Shown piece after piece: positions 27,548 to 40,400 of a DNA stretch of 64,000 nt. Each line of letters opens with the position of its first letter. Within the stretch, counting starts at the first letter, position 1. Under the pieces are notes generated by a model, which ran no database searches, was not told the DNA's origin, and saw only the letters and a program-made list of their open reading frames with translations. The position numbers and the translations under genes were made by a program. Source of the stretch: Octopus vulgaris (lineage: Eukaryota); assembly GCA_951406725.2 (NCBI GenBank), contig OX597842.1, positions 6,014,001-6,078,000 on the forward strand, written 5' to 3'.

Positions 27548-29078
27548 ACATATACATATACACACATATATATATACATATATATTAATATATATATGTA
27601 TATGTATACATATATATATATGTATATATATATATATATGTATACATATACATATATATATACATATATATTAATATATATATGTATATGTATACATATA
27701 TATATGTATATATATGTATAGGCAAATTATAATAAAAGTGAAAATAAAAGCAACAAAAGTAAAAAAAAGGACGTGCACAGGGAATGCATTAGGTTGACAC
27801 TAATTTAGGATGGAAAAAGAGGGGCTGTGACGTTTCTGGCATGACTTTTTGTCAGAAAGAGGAAAATGAAAAGTTCTGGAGAGAAGGAAAACAAATTCTT
27901 TGAGAAAATCACATGTTGTGACATACCTGGTGTATGTGTGTGTGCGTATGTGTGTGTATTTGTGTGTTGTGTATGTGTGTGCGCGTGCGTGTCATCGCGC
28001 GTGTGCTTGTGACCCGCCCACTTCACAGCCGGTTTTGGTTTGTTTACGTCCGCCTAGTGGTTCAACAAACGTGATTAATAGAGTAAGTACCTGACTTTAG
28101 AAAAATAAGAACTAGGGTCAATCTGTTCGAAAACTCTTGAAGACGGTGCACCTGCGTGAGTGTAGTCCAATAACTGAAGCAAGTAAAAGATAAGGAAACG
28201 GATACAAGATGAGTCCTAAAAGACCCTACACCAAAATGGTGTTTCATACAAGTTTAATAACACTTCTCTGCTGTTGGTTAGTTCACTAATGCACGCTTAA
28301 AGAGGACCACGATGTAGGCCCGGAGCTAGACCGAGAGTTTTCAGGGTCCTAAGCTGGAAACGGTACCACTAGTTAAGATCTCTCCTAACTGCAGAAAGTA
28401 AGGCGTTAGTTAAGGTTTCTAATTATGAATGAATTCATAGATACATTCGTTCAAAAGTTGGGGACCTGAGATTTCGAGGCTGCTTTCCCCTTTTAAGAAT
28501 AGTAAATCGGAGATTCCCAGATTTGTCGTGTTGAAATCCATGAAATCCCCTCCATTCATTAATTTAAAAAGGGAGAATATTTCAGGCTGTCTGGCTTAAA
28601 CTTGCAGATTCATATTCCTGTGTAGTGAAGGACGCAACATCTAAGAGAACTTCTATACCCTGGGTTAGAATTCTGCTGTTTACCATCAAAGTACCATCAA
28701 CCGGTTGTTACTGAAGGTAGTATCATGATGTTTTGTACGATTTCTTCACACCTCTTTGTATTGGTTACGGAGCTGGTAAGAAAATTTACAAGACCCTAAT
28801 CGGAGGTATTGAAGATCTGAAGATCCCTGATGTTACTAACGCTGGTACTTTTTGAACGACATTAGCATCAAAATGGAAGCAATAGGAGAAGCAAAACATC
28901 TCTTATCGCGTTTAAATGAGCTATTGTAGGAATTTCGACGGTAGACCAAAGCATTTTGTCCATAATTTGAAGTTAGATTAAGAAATTCCGCTTTAAAATT
29001 GAATGTCAACTTACTTAATAATAAATGGTGCAAGCAATTAAGAGCATTGGCCATATTTACATTGTAAAAAAGGACAAT

Positions 29079-29490
29079 GCGCAGGAGTGGCCGTGTGGTA
29101 AGTAGCTTGCTAACCAACCACATGGTTCCGGGTTCAGTCCCACTGCGTGGCATCTTGGGCAAGTGTCTTCTATTATAGCCCCGGGCCGACCAATGCCTTG
29201 TGAGTGGATTTGGTAGACGGAAACTGAAAGAAGCCTGTCGTATATATGTATATATATATATGTGTATGTGTTTGTGTGTCTGTGTTTGTCCCCCTAGCAT
29301 TGCTTGACAACCGATGTTGGTGTGTTTGCGTCCCCGTCACTTAGCGGTTCGGCAAAAAAGAGACCGAAAGAATAAGTACTGGGCTTACAAAGAATAAGTC
29401 CCGGGATCGAGTTGCTCGATTAAAGGCGGTGCTCCAGCATGGCCGCGGTCAAATGACTGAAACAAGTAAAAGAGTAAAAGAGTAAAGAGT
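29079..29490 (+). mobile_element. SINE family B, full length
   Basis: tRNA head, CORE-like box and (gagtaaaa)n tail. Confidence 0.9.
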
Positions 29491-29838
29491 ATGCACTCTC
29501 TATCCTGTTAGTTTCTGTGTGAAGGATGAGAGAAGACAACGAGAAAGAACAATTCACGAGTATAAACTAAAGAAAACAAACCCGATTGTAGTGTTCATGA
29601 GTGGAGAGGCCTGAAAGATGATGAAAGCACACGTGCTCCAAAGACCTTCTGCAATATCCTGACTTTATAAGTTGATTTGACTTCATGAAATGAGGTCCTC
29701 TTTGTTGTGCTGACGGTGTGTTGGGTACAGGGATAGGAGATACTAAAATACAAAGCTATTAAAGAATGATGTGAGTCACGACGATGGCTGTGAAGAGTTC
29801 CACAAGAGAGAATAGATGTCGTGAAGTTCTATCTAGTC

Positions 29839-30073
29839 CAGTGGTTATCAACCGGGGTCGGCATAACTCTTCAGGATTCATATAAGATTTTATTGTTAAA
29901 GTTTATGAGCAATAAATTGGTTATACATCGACAATACACAAAATATGTTAACAATTTTTTGATAGAAATATTATTATTTCTAAGTTTCTCTAATGGAGAC
30001 TACGGCAGCGGTACTACCCTGAAACTAGACTGCAGATGCCTGACAAGCAAGGGGAAGCGGCTGACCTCCCCTG
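29839..30073. mobile_element. hAT (Buster-like) MITE
   Basis: Termini CAGTGGTTATCAACC / GGCTGACCTCCCCTG. No clean TSD. Confidence 0.55.
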
Positions 30074-30344
30074 TTCGAAGGATATAATGGACACAAGTTC
30101 GTGTGTCACATAGCTAGCTAGAGGCGATGGCCTCTTGGAGCAAATCAACGGCAGCTTTCGTCCTATATTTATGGACTGCCATATTAGTTTGGTATTTAAT
30201 GTACCAAACATTTAAGCTTCTACCTAAAAACTCACAAGGTTTTGGTTGGACCGAGACTGCAGTAGAAGACACTTACCGATGGTGGTACGCACTGAACCCA
30301 GAACCACGTGGTTGACAAGTATACTTCATAACACACAACCACAC

Positions 30345-30655
30345 TTGCCCACGATTATGATATAGAAGCAATCACCTTCTGGCTAGAAAAATACCCAGAA
30401 GAAATCCCAGGACGCATCAATCACAGATTCATAATTGCAGCACTGAAATTCATCCTACTGAACAACTATTTCATGTTCGATATAGTTTACTATCGACATA
30501 TGTGGAATTGCAATGGGAACTCGAGCTGCCCCAGTGATTGCGAACCTTGTAATGGGTTACCTAGAACTTCAAATATACCAATCATCACTACAAAAATATG
30601 GCACCTTATTTCATTGCTATTTAAAGGAGAACTGGAAGAGGTATTCAAATGAAAT
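30345..30655 (+). mobile_element. Penelope-like reverse transcriptase fragment
   Basis: Encodes LKFILLNNYFMFD..YY / [21 protein letters not shown] / WKRY. Confidence 0.9.
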
Positions 30656-30658
30656 ATG

Positions 30659-30730
<72 letters not shown>

Positions 30731-30829
30731 CATATATACATATACATATATATACACATATGTATATATATACATACATATACATATATATAGCTGAATA
30801 ATACATATATTTGTCTGTGTGCGTGTGTG

Positions 30830-31161
<332 letters not shown>

Positions 31162-31380
31162 CACACACACACATACATACATGCATACATACATACGCAC
31201 GTATGCATTCATATATACACGCATACACATTCATACATACACACATATACATTTATACATACACACATACATTCATACATACATGCATAAACAGATATTT
31301 AAATGTATACATACACACATATACATCCATCCATACATACGTAAACACATATTTAGATGTAAGCATATGCATATACATAC

Positions 31381-31411
<31 letters not shown>

Positions 31412-31739
31412 GATATATTGCGTGCAGTCACCCGGCTAACAGCGCATGTAATTAGCAGTGTAAGCGGATACATATTTCGGATGTTTGTGCCTTTCTAGGG
31501 TGTGTCAGCTGGTACACCGTGTACTCAGCTGAACGAATGCTTAATGAGTTGTTTTGTTGTACGTGCTATGGGTAAGAGTTTGCATCTGTATCCACACCTG
31601 CTACATTATAAATAGGTACCATGAAGAGGTATTGTTTCCACTGCGTCCACTTTACAGTATATATGTGTGTGCGTGTTTGTGTATATGCATATAAATACGC
31701 ACAAATATACTCATAAACATACTTCCGTAGATATGTATT

Positions 31740-32050
31740 TATCACGTGATCACACGACCGACCAGGCTATTAGATGTTGCTGCACATCGCTGGTTACCAT
31801 GCGCTTCGCATTGTTTTTGCCTTCAAATGACGCTACCCCGCTGGTTAAGCGAACAGGCCAAAAGAAGAAAGAGTGGGAGAAAGTTGTGGCGAAAGAGTAC
31901 AGCAGGGATCGCCACCCCCTCCTGCCAGAGCATCGTGGAACTTTGTTTTCGCTCAATAAACACTCACAACGCCCGGTCTGGGAATCGAAACCGTGATCCT
32001 ACGACACCGCGAATCCGCTGCTCTGACCACTGGGCGATTGCGCCTCCATA
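31740..32050 (-). mobile_element. SINE family F (tRNA-derived)
   Basis: Head ggaggcgcaat.gcccagtggt.ag..cagcgga..gtttcgattccc. A second partial copy lies at 47495-47662. Confidence 0.8.
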
Positions 32051-32743
32051 TATATATATATATATATATACATATATATATAAAAGAACCTTTCTTCTTG
32101 ATGTATTTATGTATGTATGCATGTACGGACGGACGGAAAGACGGACAGACGGACGTAAGTAACGGATAAAAATTGTGTAACCAACACAACATTGGTGGAT
32201 GAATAACTTTCTTTAACGAGGTAGTTTGCATTAATATGATACCAACAGTTTCATGCTCAAACTTAGAAACTAGAATAACGCAAACATAGTAACCACACTT
32301 GATAGACTATATGCGATTGAGCGTCAAGCGAGGTTTTGTATGAGACTATATAGTACATGCATAAAGGATAAATTCAGTAAGGGACGCTGTCGTTTAAAAA
32401 TTATAATAATAGTTATAGCCATTGTGTTGCATGCTTTGCAAATCATTGGCTACTTCGATATGCAAAGGCTACTGCACACATGCAAGACATGAAAGCACGA
32501 CCATTATCTCATTGTCTCTCTCTCCCTCTCATATATTTATATGTATTCTTTTATTCTTTTCCTTGTTTCATTCATTTGACTGTGGCCATGTTGGAGCACC
32601 TCCTTTAGTCGAACAAATCGATCTCTGCACTTATTCTTGGTAAGCCTCGTATTTATTCTATCGTTCTCTTTTGCCGAACAAGCGATGGTGCGGGAACGAA
32701 CACAGACACACAAATACATACATACATACATACATATATATAT

Positions 32744-32827
<84 letters not shown>

Positions 32828-32985
32828 GCCACGGGATTCTTTCAGTTTCCGCCTGCCAAATCCACTCACCAGGCTTTGGTCGGCTCAAGGATATAGTAGA
32901 AGAAGACACTTGCCCAAGTGGCACGCTGTGGTGAGACTGAAGCTGGAACCATGTTGTTGGGAAGCAAACTTTTTACCATACAGCG

Positions 32986-33039
<54 letters not shown>

Positions 33040-33049
33040 GATATGATAT

Positions 33050-34800
33050 AATATAATATAACGTAAATCCCGTTCTGTGCGCGCGTTTGTGTGTGTGTGT
33101 GTAAAAGATTAACGACCGCATTTTTCAACTGATTTTCTCCAAACTGGGAACATACATTACTTATGTTCTAGGGGTGGTTTTAGACTCTCAAAATTTTTCA
33201 CATAATGTGGAACAGGCCCCCTGGGAGCAGAAAATACCCGTTCCTGGGTTATGTGGATAAGGGATGTAACTCTTTGCGAAGTAACTTTCAGAAATTGATT
33301 GTCTCCCTTACATCCATTGACCACAAAAACTTTTTGAATATTGCTTTTTATATTATATTCACGTCTTTGAAAGTTTAAAAAATATTTACTTCCGGTTTTC
33401 TAGTGTCAGTGACGTCTATATATCTCTATCCATCTCTATCTCTCTATATCACTCTATATCTTTTTATCCATTTCTATCTCTATATTTATCTATCTTTCTA
33501 TATCTTAGCTATCTATCTATGTATATTTATTTGTTTAACTAGCTAGGTTTCTTTCACTGCCCCTCTCGAAAGATTTCATTCTCTATTGTTTTCATTTTCA
33601 TCTCCCAGACCCTCTTGTCTTCACTTAAAGTTCAATCGTTATTGTTTTCACTGTAAGGTTTCAATCGCTATTTACAAACAACAATGACAAATTACTGACA
33701 GAAAGAATTTCACAATTACTGACGAAAGTAATTTCATACATAATTTACTGATAGAAGTAACTTCATAAATTTCACTTCAATCCATACGCTTCGTTAAATT
33801 TACCGACAGATTTCTTATTTATTTTTGCAACGTTTTTCGCTTTTTTTGTTGTTGATGGAATTACTGATAAAAGTAAGTTCATAATTTACTGACTGAAGTA
33901 ACTTAAAAAATTTCACTTAAATCCGTACATTTAGTTAATTTCCCTAAAAATTTCTTATTCACTTTGCAACGGTTTCGTGTTTTTCTGTTGTTAACGGCTT
34001 TTTTCTGGGTCCTTCGATACTAGCTCTTTGGTTTACTGACAAATTTCGCTCCAACCCGTACAATTCTTTATTTTCTGTAAAAATTTCTTATTTATTTTCT
34101 GCCTGTCGTATTAAGAAATATAATTTCCGTTACCCAGTTATTTTCATTGTTTACTATCTTCTGTACCCGAGTATTTCTATGTACGTATATAACCATACCT
34201 AGAAGGAAGGTGTCAAATTTGTCTACAATGTCAAGGTCAGCCAAAAGAATGTCTCTGCCCAGGGAAAGAGAAACAGCTGCAAAAAGGGAAGCATACCAAG
34301 AAACGACCAGACTGTGCACTACAAAAGCCAGAGTATCTCAAAGTGATGAATAGAGGTATGCACGGCTGACAAGGAACAGGATCTCCACTACAGAATGAAG
34401 AGCAGTTGCAACAGCTCAGAGAAGCAACTTCTATGAAGCAGCTTTCAATTATGATCCAGCAGTTCATTATGCATATTACACTAGAGTTTCCAGTGGTGCA
34501 ATGACAACTGATTGCATACATTGTAAAGCAAGGAAGTGGCCTGGAGAGACACCTGCACTGTTTTTTGGCAACACAAAACGTGTTTTTGAATTACGTGTAT
34601 TTACTTTATATACATATATGAGTTGAAAACTTTCTCTTAACATTTCACTTAACGTCTATGTTCCATTCTGGCATGGGTTGGAGAGTTATTAATGTGGAAA
34701 GTTGATATCTCAGCTACTAGCAGTTGAGACCTGCGTAATCTAGACGGCGTTTTTAATTTTCATTATTTTTTAACCCGAACAATGCTGGGTATTTCTCCTA
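33050..34800 (+). mobile_element. Internally deleted Helitron
   Basis: Carries AFNYDP and DCIHCKARKWPGETPAL N-terminal motifs (34441-34560) and the degenerate 3' hairpin acccgaacaatgctgggt..cta. Confidence 0.75.
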
Positions 34801-34805
34801 ATATG

Positions 34806-34838
<33 letters not shown>

Positions 34839-35451
34839 GTGTGTGTATACATATGTATATATATATATATATCCATATATATGTGTATATATATATATAT
34901 GTATGTTTGTATGTATGTATGTATGTATATGTGTGTGTGAATATATATATTATATATCTTTACATCTATAAATACATTTTATATACGTATATATTTTAAA
35001 CATACGTTTTGCACACATTCGCGCGCACGCACACCCACTCACACCTTACATACGTATATATATCGGGTGGTATAGCAAAGGTGCTCAGTGTCCCGGGGCT
35101 AAAGACACATGTGGCGGCATTCATCACTACTGAAAAGTTTTCATTATAATAATTATTCGTCTTGCCACTCATTACGACTAATTAACCATTTAATGACAAT
35201 AACATGAAGAATTAATTACTGCTTTACAGAGGTGACGAATTGGCAAAGAATCGTGAGAGTTTCGAATAAAATGTCCTGCAGTGCTTTTTCCTGCCCTTTT
35301 CTGCTCTCAGTTCAAATCCCGTTGTGACCAAATTTACCTTTCGTTCATTTAGGCATCGGCGATCTTTCAGAGAAAGTATATCATAATTGAAAGTATTTAT
35401 TCGGCAATTTTCTAAAACTATATATACTTACATGCATAAAAATACATATAT

Positions 35452-35852
35452 AGGCGTAGGAGCGGCTGTGTGGTAAGTAGCTTGCTTACCAACCACATGG
35501 TTCCGGGTTCAGTCCCACTGCGTGGCACCTTGGACAAGTGTCTTCTACTATAGCCTCGGGCCGACCAAAGCCTTGTGAGTGGATTTGGTAGACGGAAACT
35601 GAAAGAAGCCCGTCGTATATATGTATATATATATATGTGTGTGTGTGTGTCTGTATTTGTCCCCCCAACATCGCTTGACAACCGATGCTGGTGTGTTTAC
35701 GTGTCCCCGTAACTTAACGGTTCGGCAAAAGAGACCGATAGAATAAGTACTAGGCTTACAAAGAATAAGTCCTGGGGTCGATTTGCTCGACTAAAAAGGT
35801 GGTGCTCCAGCATGGCCACAGTCAAATGCCTGAAACAAGTAAAAGAGTAAAA
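35452..35852 (+). mobile_element. SINE family B, full length
   Basis: Used as the reference copy. Further copies or fragments lie at about 23135, 23975, 25580, 32545, 47230, 50275, 57675, 59790 and 62553. Confidence 0.9.
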
Positions 35853-36091
35853 GGGAGAGACATACACATAAACACATACATACACAAAAAATACATAAAA
35901 CGTAAGCGATACAGCTGGAAAAAAAACTTAAAGAAATACATATACATACATAAATATACATACATCCACATAAATGCATACATATACTTACATACACAAA
36001 TATACATATATTCACATACATAATCACATACACACACAAAAAATATGTTTATACATAAGCGATTTAGGTGAAAAAAATTAAAGATATATAC

Positions 36092-36293
36092 ATTTCTTTA
36101 TTGCCCAAATGGAGCTAAACACAGTGATTAAGTCGATTACATCGACCCCAGTGCGTAACTGGTACTTATTTAATCGACCCCGAAAGGATGAAAGTCAAAG
36201 TCGACCTCGGCGGAATTTGAACTCAGAACGTAACGGCAGATGAAATACCGCTGAGCATTTCGCCCGGCGTGCTAACGATTCTGCCAGCTCGCC
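36092..36293 (-). mobile_element. SINE family A
   Basis: Reverse complement of the 8318 copy. Confidence 0.85.
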
Positions 36294-36571
36294 AATCGCG
36301 GAAATTGCCGAATGTTTTCAGTTTCGATATACTTTCTCCGAAAGATCGCCAAGGTATCAGTCACATAGAGGCACGACCATGGCTGCATGATTAAGAAGCT
36401 CGCTTTGTAACGAAGTGGTTTTGGGTTTCGAGTTCAGGCCCACTGCGCAGCACCTTGGGCAAATATCTACTCTAGTTTCCAGCTAACCAATGCCTTGAGT
36501 AACTGGACTATAGAAACTGTGTGGAAGCCCTCTTGTATGTATATATTTGATGGGCTTCCACGTAGTTTGTA

Positions 36572-36633
<62 letters not shown>

Positions 36634-37134
36634 TGCGTGTGACAGTAGTTCAATGGCTGAAACTGGTAAAAGAATTTAAAAAATAATAAGATACAAGAAC
36701 ATTGTTTGTAAAAGATGATTTTCAGATGTCCCTTTGAAGGGGTAAGATGCATAGCCAAAGGGGCTCATACCTGCTATATGATATGCAAAGAAAGAACTGC
36801 CTTACCTTTCACCGCCAAAATAGAATGTAATCGTTATCCAGTAAACATCCTGGTCAACGTCGTTCTGCTTCCATCATTAACTCGTATAATGACGTTTCTG
36901 CTGACCTAATTAAATTCTGAAAATAAAATATGATTTATATAATATTCTTCTGACGTACTGAAAAATGTGATTTAGGAAAAGAGAAAAAAACATCGCACTG
37001 GGATCGATGTAATCGACTGGCCCCCTCCGCCTAACTTGCTGGCCTTGTGCCAGAATTTGAAATATTATTGTTATTCGTTTCTACTTTAGGCACAAGGCCA
37101 GAAATTTTGGGGGAGGTGGGGCCAGTTCATTACG

Positions 37135-37346
37135 GGCTAAATACAGAGAGGACAAACAAGGACAGACAAACGGATTAAGTCGATTATATCGACCCCAGTG
37201 CGTAACTGGTACTTAATTTATCGACCCCGAAAAAATGAAAGGCAAAGTCGAGCTCGGCGGAATTTGAACTCAGAACGTAACGGCAGACGAAATACTGCTA
37301 AGCATTTCGCCCGGCGTGCTAACGTTTCTTCCAGCTCGCCACCTTA
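37135..37346 (-). mobile_element. SINE family A
   Basis: Reverse complement of the 8318 copy. Confidence 0.85.
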
Positions 37347-37353
37347 AATAACA

Positions 37354-37429
<76 letters not shown>

Positions 37430-37439
37430 AAAGGCGGCG

Positions 37440-40400
37440 TCATTGGATTCACAGGTTCGATGCCGTCGCGGTAAGGCATTCGTTTTGAACTCCCGAAGAA
37501 GTTTGATTTTTGTTGTCACAAGTTGTTGAACTCTTGTTTTTATTGTTCAATTCGTGTTGTAAGGTAGCTGCCCTCCTAGGGAGCTAGATTTTCTTTTAAA
37601 AAAGCCCCCTTTTGGGGGCTAAATACACCAATTACATCGAAGATTTTCTTCGCAAATTTTACCAAAATTAATGGTGATCGAGCGAGGGAGTAAGGACGGG
37701 AGGTTGAAGAGCCAACTCAACGAAGACTTCCCCGCCTTCACCACCACTATTGTTCCTACACGGGAAAAAGAAGAGGAGGAGAAAGAAGAAAAGGAACAAG
37801 AAAGGGAAAATGATGGCAAAACGCTTGGAAAATATCGAATTAAATAATGAAATGTGGGGAGAAGGCGAAGATTCTCTTGAAGAAGGAGCTTCCCAAAGTG
37901 GGCGATTTCAACTTACAGGTGGACGATGGGCCAATTTCTAGAAAATGGTGGGCGATTTGATGGTGTCAAACATCAGCTCATTAATAGTCTCCTGCGTTCT
38001 GAATTTTCTATACAAGTGGATGAGTAAACTGTTGTCGACAGTCAATGTTTGATGATGGTATATGTTCGGTATAACAGCAAAGTCCTTCAACCTTGTGAGG
38101 AAATGCTGTTCACAGAGAAATTGCCGCTTGATTCAAAAGGTGCAGCAATTTTTCACTCTTAAGTCTTTCCTTTTTGAACATAATATCCCACTCAGTAATA
38201 TTCTTGCCTGTGCGTCTGATGGAGCCCCTTCGATGATAAGAAGACACAAAGGTTTTTCATCTCCCCTAAAACGTGGAAATTCCCACCAGATACTAACTGT
38301 TCATTGCTTGGCATACCGGCAGCATCTAGTGGCAAAAAATATGAACGGTAGATTGAATGATGCGCTATAGTTATTTATCAAGACTGTGGACAAATTGAAG
38401 TCCAGTCCCTTGTCTGATCGAATTTTCCGTCAACTCTGAGAAATGATGAGGACCATACTAAACTTTTATACCATGCCGAAGTGCGGTGGTAAAACTGTGC
38501 TTTACACTTTGTTGAACTGTTTTATATATCTTTTTCTTTGAAAATACTCCACTATCCGCTTCATTGATGGCTGCAAGGTGCGGTATCTTTTTTCTTTGTG
38601 ATATACTCATAAAATTAAATGATTTGAATAAGTTATTGCTAGGAAACAGAAAAATTCTCGTTGATTGTACATCATTTATCACTACCTTCATTTCGAAATT
38701 GGAGTTGTTTAAGACTGACATTTCAAAACGTCAATTCCATCAATTTCCACAACTTGATTCTTTGAAAGATGAAATGATTGATGCGGATTTAACTACATAT
38801 CGCAACTATTTACAATCATTGCACGATGGCATAGTGGAGCGATTTCAAGATGCTATTGCGTTACATATTCCAAATTGGTATAGCAATCTGTTTGAGGTCG
38901 GATAGTTGATTGCGAGGATGATGTTCAGGAGAAATTGATGGAATTATAAAATGACAATGACTCCAGAATGCGATATTGCCGTAATGGCAAAGAAGGTTTG
39001 TGGTACCATCAGAATATATTGAATTCCTACCCCAATCTGTGGAAACATCTGAAATTACTTTTGCTTGCCTTCCCTACCTCGTACCTGGTTGAATCTGGTT
39101 TTAACCATGTTGGAACATTATTTTCCCATAAAAGAATTGGACTGGATGTGATACAACGAAGAGACTTGAGGCTAAAGTTGACAAGTTTGAAACCGAATGT
39201 CTCTGCACTAGCTGCATCGCACCAGACACATGGTTCTCATTAAAATGTTTTATTATTTTCCTTTATAATACAATCATTAATTATTTTTGCATCGGTAGTT
39301 CTGATCAATGATTCATTTGGGGAAAATGAAAATCAGTGTAAAAGAAAGCGCGTTTCCAGAAGATAATCTCTCTGCATAATATAGAGTTAACGCGCGAATC
39401 TTATTTACACTACTGGCAAAACTAAACCCACAATAAGGGATTAGTAAACAACCGCATATTTAGTCCAAATGGTACTAACAGGGCAACGAGTCTACGATAT
39501 AGTGTGTGTGTCAAATGATACAGGAAGGGGTCCTAGGGATTTTGTGTTGGGGAGTGGGGTTGTGTCAGGGTTGTTTTTACACAGGTGGGCGATGGAACAT
39601 TTTTTGGCTGATAGGTGGGCGATATTGCAATTTGACACAAAAATTTGGGAAACACTGCTCCAAACACTACAATTGAAATCGAACAAGGAACCCTGAAGAG
39701 GACAATAGCATACAAAGTAATAAGTCTAAGAACAAAAAATGTGCAGAGAGCGACCGAAGCACTGACAGAAAAATATCTTCATCCCATTTGGGATAATAAG
39801 ATTTACGTTTACAGTGGGAAGCGTTTTGGGACCGTTGAAGTGAAGTTCCAAAACGGAGAAGCAAGGAAACATTATCACCTCTCTTCGCAGTGAGGAACTG
39901 AGAGAAGATTAGTAAGGATTAAGGTGGCCAAAATCCAGCCAGAAATCGATATAGAATATGTAGCAGCAGCCGTCCTGTATGAACTTGGGAATAGGACAAA
40001 TATCCTCCAGGGATACAGGTTGAGGAAGCAAAATTGGATAGGAGCGGGGATGATGCTCTTCTGCCAAATTGAAGAGGAGCAGATAGAAATTATTCCCGAC
40101 TTTATCATCATGAGAGGAGGGAGAAGGCTGCTTGTTGCAGTCGAAAGTAGAAAGCCGAAATGCCACCTTTATGGCCACACGAAGCCATTTAATGGCTTTC
40201 TGCCTAACCAAGAAAGCACCCACCAAAATGCCCCTGCTGCAAGCGCCTCTACCACAGGAAAAGCTCAAGCAACAACCACAGCAGAGCAAACAAACAAGAG
40301 GATGCAACAGTGTGGGACACAGGCCATCCAACATGAGCGGCAGGAAAAGGAGTCACAGGAAAAGCAGAGAGAGAGAGAGAGAGAGAGAAACCCCCAGAGA

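Larger units (their letters stand above)
35358..36350. mobile_element. MITE with ~55-bp TIRs, containing two nested SINEs
   Basis: ggcgatctttcagagaaagtatatc..ttcggcaattt matches the reverse complement of 36300-36350. The flanks taggcatc / aaggtatc could be an imperfect 8-bp TSD. Confidence 0.7.

Noticed and set aside
38062-39243. Domesticated ZBED5/SCAND3-like gene
   Set aside because: It has many stops and frameshifts, retains TIRs and is nested in a LINE.
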